The notes below the pieces were generated by a model. That model made no database searches. It saw nothing but the letters and a program-made list of their open reading frames with translations, and was not told the origin of the DNA. Shown in pieces: positions 1 through 10,068 of a stretch of 64,000 nt of DNA; the first letter of the stretch is position 1, and every line of letters starts with the position of its first letter. The stretch is from an uncultured Desulfobacteraceae bacterium (GTDB lineage: Bacteria; Desulfobacterota; Desulfobacteria; Desulfobacterales; JAABSP01): assembly GCA_964431545.1 (NCBI GenBank), contig CAYSLC010000001.1, forward strand, positions 44,386 to 108,385, given 5' to 3'. Made by a program: the position numbers and the translations under genes.

Positions 1-884
<884 letters not shown>

Positions 885-1073
885 TCAGCGGTAGAAAACG
901 CCTACTCCCGGCAACATCTTTCCAAGTCCCCGTGCACGGAGACGCCCATCGAGGTTTCGGAACAAAGAAAATTGGACTTGCCTCGGACCGACCCGTATCC
1001 GTATTATGAGAACAGAGAACCATCAGTCCGCCGAAGGCTTCCCCCCGCGGGGGGCCCTCGCGAGCAAGGAGAG

Positions 1074-1367
1074 ATGCCGCCCATGAACGATCCGACCCGA
1101 AACAACGAAGGTGAAGTGGCCTATATCAAGATCGCGGTATTGGAGAGCCCCTTCGAGGCCCAGGTGGTGGAGGGAATCCTGCGGGAGGAGGAGATCCCCT
1201 TCCTTGTGCGTTCGTACCACGACACCGCCTACGACGGGATCTTCCAGATGCAGAAAGGGTGGGGGGAAATCCGGGCTCCGGCCCCCCACGGCCCGCGGAT
1301 CAAAGAGATTCTTTCCTTTGTGAGAACGGAGAACCATGATATAGAGGATAAAAACGACGAACCTTGA
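1074..1367 (+). CDS. small DUF2007-like protein (putative signal-transducing fold)
   Basis: This is the 3' part of track ORF 36..1367, with an ATG at 1074. The sequence EGEVAYIKIAVLESPFEAQVVEGILREEEIPFLVRSYHD resembles the DUF2007 pattern. The upstream ~340 codons of the track ORF are antisense to mreB and are not credible. Confidence 0.45.
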   Translation: MPPMNDPTRNNEGEVAYIKIAVLESPFEAQVVEGILREEEIPFLVRSYHDTAYDGIFQMQKGWGEIRAPAPHGPRIKEILSFVRTENHDIEDKNDEP

Positions 1368-1527
1368 TTGTCGCCGTGGGGCGGACGGGGGCCGTCGACC
1401 CTGAGCCGGCGAGGACCGAAACGGGAGGGTGAAAAGCAATGGTCCTGGACGGCCCGCCGTTGTCCAGGGGGAAGGCGCCATCCCGCCGGGGGGAAGGATG
1501 ATCCGACTTTGAAAGGAGGTATCTGGT

Positions 1528-2796
1528 ATGTCCGATTTTGAGAATGCCCTGAAAGTGGGCCGACCGCCCAACATCGTCAAGCTGTTTCCCAGTTCCAGGG
1601 CCCTGATCGTCAGCGGAAAGTACATCGATCTCGCCATGCTCGCCAAGGGCGGGACCATCTGCATGGCCGCCAACGGCAGAAGTCACCTGGTCATCCGCGG
1701 GGCCCTCAGGGCGGCCCAACGCGCCAACGCGGCGTTGATCATCGAGATCGCCAAATCCGAAGGGGGCGGGAACGCTTACTGCGCCGTCAACTACTGGAAC
1801 ATCGCCCGGCAGGTGGACGGACTGTGCAACGAGATGGGGATCACCGTTCCGGTGGCCGTCCACGCCGACCATTACGGCATCAAGAGCCAAAAGGACGTGG
1901 AGTCCGCCCGCAAGGAGATCCCCACCCTTTTCGAGTTCGGGATCACCTCCATGTCCATCGACGCCTCCCACATGCCCGATGACGAGAACCTCCTGGCCAG
2001 CCTCGAATTGAAGCCCCTGGTTCCGGAGTGGGCGGGATACGAGACCGAGGTGGGCGAGATCAAGGGCAAGGAGGGGCTCTCCACGGTGGAAGAAGCCCTC
2101 TTTTTGGTCCAGGGCCTCAACGCCCACGGGATCTTCCCCAACTGGATCGCCCTCAACAACGGCACGACCCACGGCATCGAGGCCAGCGACCAGGGCATCC
2201 AGGTGGAGTTGACCGCCGAGATCCACGAGGCGCTTACCCCCTACCGGGTCTCCGGTGCCCAGCACGGCACCTCCGGCAACAGTTCCGACCGCCTCCGCCG
2301 GATCGCGGCGGAGACCCGAACCACCAAAGCCAACGTGGCCACCGCCCTCCAGATGATCTCCTGGGGGGTGGATGTCAACGATTACGGCAACGCGATTCTG
2401 GACGGGTCGGGCAACTTCAGCAAGGTCAAGGGAGAGGGGGTCACCGAGGAACTCTGGGAGGAGATGGTGGCCTATGCCGAGTCGAAGGGATGGAAGAAGG
2501 GGGACTACAAAAAGCTCAATCTGCCCTTCGAAAACAAGATTCTGGGACAGCCCCGGGAGATCCGGGACCGGATGAGCAGGCGGGTGGAGGCGTTCGCCCA
2601 TACCATGATCGCCGACGTGTTCCACGGCCGGGACACCGCCGGGATCGTCATGGATGCCATCCTCAAGGCGGGTTCCCATGATCCCGGGCCAAAGGCCGAG
2701 CGGATCGAGGATCCCAAGGAATGGACCACCGAGACCATCCGCCAGAAGGCCCCGATCCAGGCGGATAAAGGTCCGGCCGGCGACTTCGACGACTGA
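1528..2796 (+). CDS. class II fructose/ketose-bisphosphate aldolase family protein
   Basis: 422 aa. It carries VAVHADHYG and the SGAQHGTSGNS metal/phosphate-binding motifs typical of class II aldolases. A GGAGG-like RBS (aaaggagg) lies upstream of the ATG. Confidence 0.85.
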   Translation: MSDFENALKVGRPPNIVKLFPSSRALIVSGKYIDLAMLAKGGTICMAANGRSHLVIRGALRAAQRANAALIIEIAKSEGGGNAYCAVNYWNIARQVDGLCNEMGITVPVAVHADHYGIKSQKDVESARKEIPTLFEFGITSMSIDASHMPDDENLLASLELKPLVPEWAGYETEVGEIKGKEGLSTVEEALFLVQGLNAHGIFPNWIALNNGTTHGIEASDQGIQVELTAEIHEALTPYRVSGAQHGTSGNSSDRLRRIAAETRTTKANVATALQMISWGVDVNDYGNAILDGSGNFSKVKGEGVTEELWEEMVAYAESKGWKKGDYKKLNLPFENKILGQPREIRDRMSRRVEAFAHTMIADVFHGRDTAGIVMDAILKAGSHDPGPKAERIEDPKEWTTETIRQKAPIQADKGPAGDFDD

Positions 2797-2999
2797 TCCG
2801 CCGAGCCAGGACCGTCCGCCGTCTGTCGATCCCGGTACCGGGTGAAAGGGGCGGACGGTCGCCGATACAGGCTCCGGGCGCGGGTCCGCGCCCGGGGCGA
2901 CGGCCATCCCCCAAGGCCGCGCCCGTTTCCGTCCTCCGCGTCCGCGGCGGACCGCATCCCCGCCCCAACACCCGGCTCCCCCCTCTGATCGCCCCGAGA

Positions 3000-3028
3000 T
3001 TGACAAGCGGCATCGATATTCGTTAAAG
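3000..3028 (+). promoter_or_regulatory. possible sigma-70 promoter (TTGACA-N17-TTAAAG) ahead of the hybrid kinase
   Basis: A perfect -35 TTGACA at 3000-3005, a 17-nt spacer, and a weak -10 TTAAAG at 3023-3028. This is consistent with the downstream TTG start at 3145 rather than the GTG at 3031. Confidence 0.3.
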
Positions 3029-3144
3029 GAGTGGGCGTCGCGAAACTCGGCATCCGGAAAGCGACCTTCGGCCCGAAGAACCATCTTCCGTCATTCCCAC
3101 CGGCATTCGGCTGCAATCGATGTACCATTAAGGGAGACGCCACT

Positions 3145-6100
3145 TTGTCCGAAAGCGGACCCACATCCTCGGATCCCCGTGGGGACGGGTTTCTTCCCGG
3201 AGAGGCCCATGCCGCCTCGGCGGCCCGGCGGCTGATCGTCAGCCTCGGGCTCACCCTGGGGCTGGTTTCCCTCATCGTTATCCCTTTGGGAGCGGTCCTC
3301 TGGTTCAAGGTGGCGGCGCCCCCTCCCCCGGCCCCGGAGGCCTATATCGATTTCATCGCCGGATGCCTGAAACCCGCCCTTCGGGAGGGGGATATGGCGG
3401 CGGTTCAACGGATGGGTCGGCTGTTGATCGAGGATGAGATCGTTTTTTCCCTGGAGCTTACCGATGCCGAGGGTACGCCTTATCTGTCCATCGAGAAGTC
3501 CACTTTCGGAGAAGATTTCGATTCCTCCATGGGATTCCAGGACGTCCGCATCCTCACCGAAGCTGGAAAGACCCTGGCCCGGCTTCGGGTCACCGTTCTT
3601 CCGCCGGATCGGGCCCTTCTGGGACGGCAGGCGCTCTACCTGGCCCTGGGGTGTACGGTCCTCTCCCTGGCGGCCCTGGTATTTCTGGCCGGACGATGGG
3701 TCCAGGTCACCATCGAACGCCCCCTGAATCGACTGGCGGACGGGCTGGGTAACGCCCTCGCCGATTCGGAGGGACCCCCGGTCCGGGGGGTGGTTCACCG
3801 GGAGTTCCTACCCCTGGCCCGTGAGCTGAAGCGGATGGTGGATCGTGCCGGGGAAAGGCTCGGGACTTTGAGGGCGGCCGAGTGGAAATACCGGTCGGTG
3901 TTCGAGACGGCCGAAAAAGGGATGTTCCAGGGGACCGAGGAGGGGCGGCTGATCCGGATCAACCCCGCTTTCGCGGCCATGCTCGGCTACGACGACCCGG
4001 AGGAAGCCATGGACCGGATCGGCGAGGCGGCGCACCGGATGTACGCCACCTTCCGGGACAGCGACGAGATCCGCCACCGGCTTCGGGAGCAGGGGCGGGT
4101 GACCGGCTACGAGACCGAACTGGTGGACCGGTCGGGCCGTCCCTTCCGGGTCGTTCTCAACATCCGCGCGGCCCTGGACCCCCACGGCAACATCCGGTAC
4201 TACGAAGGGTGTGTCACCGACATTTCCGCTCGGTCGGAGCGGGAAAGCCGGTTCACGGAACAGGCCGAAGCCGAGGCGGAAAACCGGGTTCGGGCCGAAC
4301 TGGTGGGCGAGGTCGGATACGAGATCCGGACCCCCATCAACGCCATTCTGGGGTTGGCGGGCATCCTCCTCAAGACCGGCACCACCGCCGCCCAGCGGGA
4401 TTACCTGAGCAAGATCGACGCATCGGCGCGCATCATGCGCGGGGTGGTGGAAGAATTCGTCCGTTCCTCCGAGGAGGACGAACCGCCCAGGATCGAATCC
4501 CGGCCCTTCGGGCTCCGGCATCTGATGGAGCGGCTTTCCGATATCTTCGCGGAGAAGACCGCCAAGAAGCACCTGGAGATGATCACCACCGTCGATGATG
4601 ACGTCCCCGACGCCCTGGAGGGAGACCCCCCGCGGCTGGAGCAGGTCCTGATCCACCTCGTCGACAACGCCGTCAAATTCACCGCCGGGGGGGAGGTGGT
4701 CATCCGGGTCTCCGTCCGGGATATCCGGGCGGACCGGGCGGTCCTCGGCTTTTCCATCCGGGACACGGGGCTGGGGATTCCATCCGACCAGCTTGCGCGG
4801 CTCTTCACACCCGGGAACGGGGACGGGCGGAGGGCCCGGCTCAGCGGCCTCGGCCCGGGCCTGGTGGCCTGCAAACGGTTGATCGAGCTGATGGACGGGG
4901 AGATCGAGGTGGAGACCCAGCCGGACCAGGGCTCCACCTTCTTTTTTACCGCCCGCTTCGGCGTGAGCGCCGACGCGCCGGCGCCGGACCAAGCCCTGCC
5001 CCCGGGCCTGCGGGGGCTGCGGGTGGCGGTGGTGGACGATAACGCGGCGGTCTGCGGGATGCTGGAGGGGCTTCTGACCCGGTTCAACTTCGATCCCCTC
5101 TGCCTCCGGAGCGGGGAGGCGGCCCTGGGGTTCCTGGACGCCGAGGGGGCGGCTCCGGACCTGCTGCTCGTCGACTGGCGCATGCCGGGGATGGACGGCA
5201 TCGAGTTCACCCGGCGGGTGCGCCGCAGGTTCCAGCGCCGGGACCTGCCCATCGTCCTGATGGCCGAGATGGGGGCCGAGGAGATGGCCGAGCGAGCCGC
5301 CGCGGCGGGGGTGGACGGGGTCCTCCTCAAGCCGGTCAAGCCGTCGATCCTCTTCGACACGGTCATGGAGGTCTTCGGCCCCCGGGTTATGGAGGCCTTC
5401 TCCGAGGGCGGGGGCGAGGGGAACCTCTCCGAGGTGGTGGAGCGGATCCGCGGCATACGGGTCCTTCTGGTCGAGGACCACGCGATCAACCGGCAGGTGG
5501 CCGCCCGGATCCTCTCGGGGGCTGACATCCTGGTGGAGACCGCCGGGGACGGGCGAGAGGCGGTGGAAAAAGTGGCGGCCGCCGGCGCCGGGGAGATCCC
5601 CCCCTTCGACGCGGTGCTCATGGACATCCAGATGCCCCGGATGGGAGGGCTTGCGGCCGCGGGCGCCATCCGGGAGGACCCTCGATTTGCCGACCTGCCC
5701 ATCATCGCCATGACCGCCCATACCCTTCCCAGGGACCGCCGGCGGTCTCTGGAGGCGGGGATGAACGACCACGTCACCAAGCCCATCGACGAAGAGGCGC
5801 TCTTCAGAACCCTGGCCCGCTGGGTGAACGGCGGTGAAGGGGATCCTCCGTCGGAGGCCGCGTCCCGTCGGTCCGGGGAGGAGGCTCTCCGGGAGGTCCT
5901 GGACACGGCCCAGGTCCTGGGACGGCTGGGGGGCAACCGACTCCTCTTCGACAAGCTCCTCCGGGACTTTGTCGCCGATCACGGCGATGCGGATCGACGG
6001 ATCCGCGCGGCCCTGGAAAAGGAGGACGAAGACCAGGCGCTGGGGCTGCTTCGGGGACTCAAGGGGGCGGCCGGAAACCTGGCGGCGCGGGAGGTGCACC

Positions 6101-6495
6101 AGGCCGCCCTATCCCTGGAGATGGAGCTGCACCACGGACCCGGAGACCTGGAAGCGTTGCTGGAGGACCTCTGCGAAAGCCACCGCCGCCTGGTGGCGGT
6201 CATCGAGGAGAGGGAGCCCGCGCCGGCGGCCCCTCCATCCCCGGAGGAGGAACGGAAACGCCCCCTGCCCCGGACCCTTCCCCCCATGGTCCGGGAACTC
6301 CACCGGAGCCTGATCGAGGGGGAACTCCCCCCGGAGACGATGCTGGCCGAAATCAAGCGGCTCATGAAGGGCCTCGGCCATCAGGACCGCCTCAACCGCC
6401 TGGGGGATCAGATCCGTCGGTCCCGGATGAAGGAGGCCCGGAACATCCTCGCCACCATCGCCTGGTCCCTGGGCATCTCCCTGGACGGAGAGTGA
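3145..6495 (+). CDS. hybrid sensor histidine-kinase-like protein (TM, PAS, HisKA-like, HATPase, 2x receiver, HPt-like)
   Basis: Track ORF 3031..6495. The GTG at 3031 abuts its GGAG with no spacer. The TTG at 3145 has AAGGGAG 8 nt upstream, so I prefer it. Domains read from the sequence: TM helix LIVSLGLTLGLVSLIVIPLGAVLWF; a PAS region; H-box-like GYEIRTPINAILG; N-box LIHLVDNAVKFT; G-boxes DTGLGIP and GLGPGL. The receivers have LLLVDWRMPGMDG and AVLMDIQMPRMGG. The C-terminal HPt-like segment reads LLRGLKGAAGNLAA. Confidence 0.85.
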   Translation: MSESGPTSSDPRGDGFLPGEAHAASAARRLIVSLGLTLGLVSLIVIPLGAVLWFKVAAPPPPAPEAYIDFIAGCLKPALREGDMAAVQRMGRLLIEDEIVFSLELTDAEGTPYLSIEKSTFGEDFDSSMGFQDVRILTEAGKTLARLRVTVLPPDRALLGRQALYLALGCTVLSLAALVFLAGRWVQVTIERPLNRLADGLGNALADSEGPPVRGVVHREFLPLARELKRMVDRAGERLGTLRAAEWKYRSVFETAEKGMFQGTEEGRLIRINPAFAAMLGYDDPEEAMDRIGEAAHRMYATFRDSDEIRHRLREQGRVTGYETELVDRSGRPFRVVLNIRAALDPHGNIRYYEGCVTDISARSERESRFTEQAEAEAENRVRAELVGEVGYEIRTPINAILGLAGILLKTGTTAAQRDYLSKIDASARIMRGVVEEFVRSSEEDEPPRIESRPFGLRHLMERLSDIFAEKTAKKHLEMITTVDDDVPDALEGDPPRLEQVLIHLVDNAVKFTAGGEVVIRVSVRDIRADRAVLGFSIRDTGLGIPSDQLARLFTPGNGDGRRARLSGLGPGLVACKRLIELMDGEIEVETQPDQGSTFFFTARFGVSADAPAPDQALPPGLRGLRVAVVDDNAAVCGMLEGLLTRFNFDPLCLRSGEAALGFLDAEGAAPDLLLVDWRMPGMDGIEFTRRVRRRFQRRDLPIVLMAEMGAEEMAERAAAAGVDGVLLKPVKPSILFDTVMEVFGPRVMEAFSEGGGEGNLSEVVERIRGIRVLLVEDHAINRQVAARILSGADILVETAGDGREAVEKVAAAGAGEIPPFDAVLMDIQMPRMGGLAAAGAIREDPRFADLPIIAMTAHTLPRDRRRSLEAGMNDHVTKPIDEEALFRTLARWVNGGEGDPPSEAASRRSGEEALREVLDTAQVLGRLGGNRLLFDKLLRDFVADHGDADRRIRAALEKEDEDQALGLLRGLKGAAGNLAAREVHQAALSLEMELHHGPGDLEALLEDLCESHRRLVAVIEEREPAPAAPPSPEEERKRPLPRTLPPMVRELHRSLIEGELPPETMLAEIKRLMKGLGHQDRLNRLGDQIRRSRMKEARNILATIAWSLGISLDGE

Positions 6496-6508
6496 TCCGG
6501 GGTCGGAT

Positions 6509-8014
6509 CTATTCCACGAAGCCGTGTTCGGGATCCCACCGCCGGATCAGGATCTCCTCCGGAAACGCCCGGGGTTTGTAGAGGGATTTCCCCAACAGGA
6601 GCCGGAGGCATTCCTGGATGCTCTCGGAGATGGTGGGGTGGGGGTAGATCAGCTTGAGCACGTCGGCCACCCCCTTGCCCTGGTCCATGAGGTGGGCGAT
6701 GGAGACGATGGTGCTGGAGACCTGGGGGCCGGCGGCCCGCATCCCCAGGATGGTACCGGCCGCGTCGTCGCTGACCAGGATCTTGACAAACCCGTTCAGC
6801 GCCCGCATGGCGATGGCCCGGTTGAGGAGTACATTGGAGTAGTAGGCGACCCGGTAGGGGATCTTCTTCTTCTGGCACGCCTTCTCGTTGAGGCCCACGG
6901 CGGCCACCGCCGGGTGGAAGAACATGACGGTGGACATGTTGCTGTAGTTCAACGGCCACCGGGACCGGTCGAACATGTGCTTGACGGCGTGGCGGCCCTC
7001 CATCTCGGCGATGTTGACCAGGGCGGGGTGGCGGATCACGTCTCCCACCGCGTAGATGGATTCCGCCACCTTGCAATGGTCGTCCGTGTCGAGGTGGCCC
7101 CGTTCGCCGGGACGGATCCCGGCCCGGTCCAGATCGAGGGGGGCGAGGCGGGGGTCCCGGCCGATGGAGATCAGGACCATGTCCACCTCCACCACCCGGG
7201 CGTGGCCGTCGGCGAAATCGAGGACCACCTCCAGGTGGTCCCCGCGTTTCACGATGTCCTTGAGGATGGCCGAATGGATGATCTTGACCCCGTTGCGCTC
7301 CAGGCAGCCGCCGACAAAGGCGCTGACATCCTCGTCCTCGTAGGGGATGATCCGCTCCTGGTGATCCACCAGATAGACCTTGGTCTGCCCGAAGTTGGAG
7401 AAGATGGTGGCGTACTCGCACCCGATGATCCCGGCGCCGATGATCATCAGCCGCTTGGGGAACCGGGATAGGCCCAGGATGCCGTCGGAGTTGAGGATCC
7501 GCTCCTGATCCACGGCGATCCCCTCAAAAGCCCTCGGCTTGGAACCGGTGGCGATGAGGAAGTACCGGGCCTGGATCTCCTCTCCCTCTCCGTCCGGATA
7601 ATCGATCCGGAGGCGGTCCGGGGCGGTGAACGCCCCCCACCCCCGTTTGAGGGTCAGGGAGCCGGGGCCGTCCCAGCGGGGCCGGGAGAAGGTCTCGATC
7701 TGGGAGAGCATCTGGTACTGCTTCTCCTTGACCGCCTGCATCACCGTGGTCCGCATGGCCGAGAAGTCCACCGACAGGCCGGTCGCCCGGTAGCCCCGGT
7801 CCACCTTGGCGGCGATGGCGTAATCCTTGGCCAGCTCCCACATGGTCTTGGAGCCCAGGGCCCCCCACATGACGCCGGCGCCCCCGATCTCGTCCCCCTC
7901 CACGATGCAGACGTGTTTGCCGAGATCCAGGGCCCGGGTGGCCGCGGCGAATCCGCCGGGTCCGCAGCCGATGATGCAAAGATCGAAGGGTTGGTGCGAT
8001 GAGGATGTCGTCAT
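6509..8014 (-). CDS. FAD/NAD(P)-dependent pyridine-nucleotide-disulfide-oxidoreductase family protein (LpdA-like, lacks the redox-active Cys pair)
   Basis: 501 aa. FAD GxGxxG motif DLCIIGCGPGG; NAD site MIIGAGIIGCE; C-terminal HPTISE dimer-interface motif. The position of the GGTCLNxGCIPSK disulfide reads GGAGVMWGALGSK. Confidence 0.8.
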   Translation of the reverse strand: MTTSSSHQPFDLCIIGCGPGGFAAATRALDLGKHVCIVEGDEIGGAGVMWGALGSKTMWELAKDYAIAAKVDRGYRATGLSVDFSAMRTTVMQAVKEKQYQMLSQIETFSRPRWDGPGSLTLKRGWGAFTAPDRLRIDYPDGEGEEIQARYFLIATGSKPRAFEGIAVDQERILNSDGILGLSRFPKRLMIIGAGIIGCEYATIFSNFGQTKVYLVDHQERIIPYEDEDVSAFVGGCLERNGVKIIHSAILKDIVKRGDHLEVVLDFADGHARVVEVDMVLISIGRDPRLAPLDLDRAGIRPGERGHLDTDDHCKVAESIYAVGDVIRHPALVNIAEMEGRHAVKHMFDRSRWPLNYSNMSTVMFFHPAVAAVGLNEKACQKKKIPYRVAYYSNVLLNRAIAMRALNGFVKILVSDDAAGTILGMRAAGPQVSSTIVSIAHLMDQGKGVADVLKLIYPHPTISESIQECLRLLLGKSLYKPRAFPEEILIRRWDPEHGFVE

Positions 8015-8068
8015 GGGGAGGGCCTTGATGCCGATGGGTTTTCGATTCTCGGGAACCTGTATATGCCA

Positions 8069-9370
8069 CTATAAGTCAAAGGCTTTCGGCGCGTCAACAG
8101 GCGATCGGGCGACCTGGGGACGGCCGAAGGCCCGATCCGCCAGATCCCGACGCCTGGGGCGGAAGGTGCCGTCCGTCTTCTCCCGCTCCACCACCCGTTT
8201 GTAGAGCTTGAACATCTTGATCATCTGGGATTCTTCCCGGTAAAAGGTGTCCCAGGCGAACTGGAAGAGTTCCTGGAGCTTCTCCGGCGCCATCTGCTTG
8301 GGCTGGTGGACCACCCGATCGGCCGTGTACCGGTCCCAGTCGTAGGTGAGGATCCGACCCTGGGCGTGGAGGTCGTCCCATGCCTTGGTATGGGGGAAGG
8401 GGGTGAGGACCGTGAACTCGGCCAGATCCAGATCGATCTCCAACAGAAAATCGATCAGCCGCCTGATGTCGTCCTCGGAATGGCTGTCGAGCCCCAGAAG
8501 GATGGTCCCCTCCACGGCGATACCGTGGTCGTGGTACCGGCGGATGCGATCCCGGATCTTGTTGGAGGTGTCGAAGACCGCCTGGTAGACGTACCAGGCT
8601 CCGGCCCGGGCGGCGAGGTCGAGCACCTCGGGGTCGTCCTCGATGGGGTGGCTGCACCATTTCTTCTTCAGGGGGATCATCTCCCGGAAGAGGTCCTTCT
8701 CCCATTGGGTGTCCTGGGCCAGGGAGTTGTCCACGATGAAGAGGCGGTTGTTGTCGATGGCCGCCATCTCCGCCACCGCCTTGTCGATGGGCCGGGGCCG
8801 GAACCGTCGCCCCCCCAGATAGGCCACCGCGCAGGGGTAGCAGTGGAACCGGCATCCCCGGGAGGCGTGGACCAGGTCGAACATCTGCAGGCCCTTGTAG
8901 TTATAGAGATCCCGGTTGAGGATGTCCCGGCGGGCGGTCCCCACCCATTCGATGGGGGGAGGGTCCTGGAGATGATCGTAGACCGGCTTCAGCATGCCCC
9001 GCTCCAGGTCGGACAGGACCTGTTCCATGCGCCCCTCGGCCTCTCCGAGGAAGACGGCGTCCACGTGCCCTCGGGTCTCCTCGGCGTGGAGCATGGTGGC
9101 GATCCCGCCCGAGATCACCGGAACCCCCCGCCGCCGGAAGGCGTCGGCGATCTCCCATCCCCGTTTGACCTGGGAGGTGAGCATCATGGAAAGGGCCACC
9201 AGGTCCGCGGGTTCGTCGAAATCGACGGCCTCCAGGTTCTCGTCGGTGAAGGAGATCTCCACGGTTCCGGGCAGGGCCGCCGCAAAGACCACGGGGCCGT
9301 GGGGGGGAAGGTGGAACTCGGTCTGGCCGGTCAGTTTCGGCCATCTGGGGTAGATCAGTTTGATTTTCAC
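8069..9370 (-). CDS. B12-binding-domain radical SAM protein
   Basis: 433 aa. The N-terminal Rossmann-like B12 domain reads MKIKLIYPRW..DLVALSMM..ISGG. The radical-SAM cluster motif is SRGCRFHCYPC (CX3CX2C). Confidence 0.85.
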   Translation of the reverse strand: MKIKLIYPRWPKLTGQTEFHLPPHGPVVFAAALPGTVEISFTDENLEAVDFDEPADLVALSMMLTSQVKRGWEIADAFRRRGVPVISGGIATMLHAEETRGHVDAVFLGEAEGRMEQVLSDLERGMLKPVYDHLQDPPPIEWVGTARRDILNRDLYNYKGLQMFDLVHASRGCRFHCYPCAVAYLGGRRFRPRPIDKAVAEMAAIDNNRLFIVDNSLAQDTQWEKDLFREMIPLKKKWCSHPIEDDPEVLDLAARAGAWYVYQAVFDTSNKIRDRIRRYHDHGIAVEGTILLGLDSHSEDDIRRLIDFLLEIDLDLAEFTVLTPFPHTKAWDDLHAQGRILTYDWDRYTADRVVHQPKQMAPEKLQELFQFAWDTFYREESQMIKMFKLYKRVVEREKTDGTFRPRRRDLADRAFGRPQVARSPVDAPKAFDL

Positions 9371-9411
9371 GGATCGCGCTCTCTGTTATTGTGAAAAGAC
9401 CCTGGGGAGCG

Positions 9412-10068
9412 TCAACGGGACAACCCGTCGACCTCCAGGAGTTTCAGGTGGAGGGCGTAGGCGTGGGGGCCGTGGGCGATCAGGTCCACCCGTCCGGGGA
9501 GGGGGCCGTCCGGCGGCCCGGCCCGCACCGTCCGGATCAGCCGCCGGTTCCGGTAACGCCGGATCCGCCACCCGCCCCCGGGGTCGACCCGCACGTCCAC
9601 CACCTCCTCTTTCCCCGTCCGATACCGGCAGACCGGCGCGCCGGACTTCGAGAGGCCGACGGCGGTTCGAGGCCCGACAGGGGCCAAAAAGGCCAGCCGG
9701 ATATCCGCCACCACGCCTCGGGCCGCCTCCGGGGCGTCGAAGGGGGGGATCCCCCGCCGGATGACCGTCTCGCCCCGCCGGTGGACCGCTTCCAGCACCA
9801 CCAGCCCCTCCACGGTCATCATGGCGAATTCGATGGACCGGTCCCGGGGATCGATGGCGCTGGCGCCGATCAGAAGCCCCTTGCGGCCGCCGGGAAAATC
9901 GGCCTCGATGGCGTGGACCATCCGCCATCCCATTCGGGGGAAGGCCTGTTCGCAGGCCGCGCGGATCTCCGCGGTCCTTTCGGGGGCGGCCGGCTCCAGT
10001 TGCGGAAGGGCGGCGCAGCCCGCGAGCCAGAGGGCAAGGAGGAGCGCCCCCGAAAGTCTCGGCTTCAC
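9412..10068 (-). CDS. lipoprotein of unknown function (possibly DUF3261/ApeN-like)
   Basis: Signal peptide plus lipobox MKPRLSGALLLALWLAGC. Its position directly after a LolA-like gene matches aryl-polyene-type clusters. The family assignment is from memory of that architecture only. Confidence 0.6.
   Translation of the reverse strand: MKPRLSGALLLALWLAGCAALPQLEPAAPERTAEIRAACEQAFPRMGWRMVHAIEADFPGGRKGLLIGASAIDPRDRSIEFAMMTVEGLVVLEAVHRRGETVIRRGIPPFDAPEAARGVVADIRLAFLAPVGPRTAVGLSKSGAPVCRYRTGKEEVVDVRVDPGGGWRIRRYRNRRLIRTVRAGPPDGPLPGRVDLIAHGPHAYALHLKLLEVDGLSR

Noticed and set aside
1300-3084. 594-aa minus-strand ORF
   Set aside because: It is antisense to the well-supported class II aldolase gene. 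Its Arg/Gly/Pro-rich composition is typical of GC-driven open frames.
3808-6099. 763-aa minus-strand ORF (and the nested 4401..5954 ORF)
   Set aside because: Both are antisense to the hybrid kinase, whose domain motifs are unambiguous. No motifs appear in the antisense translations.
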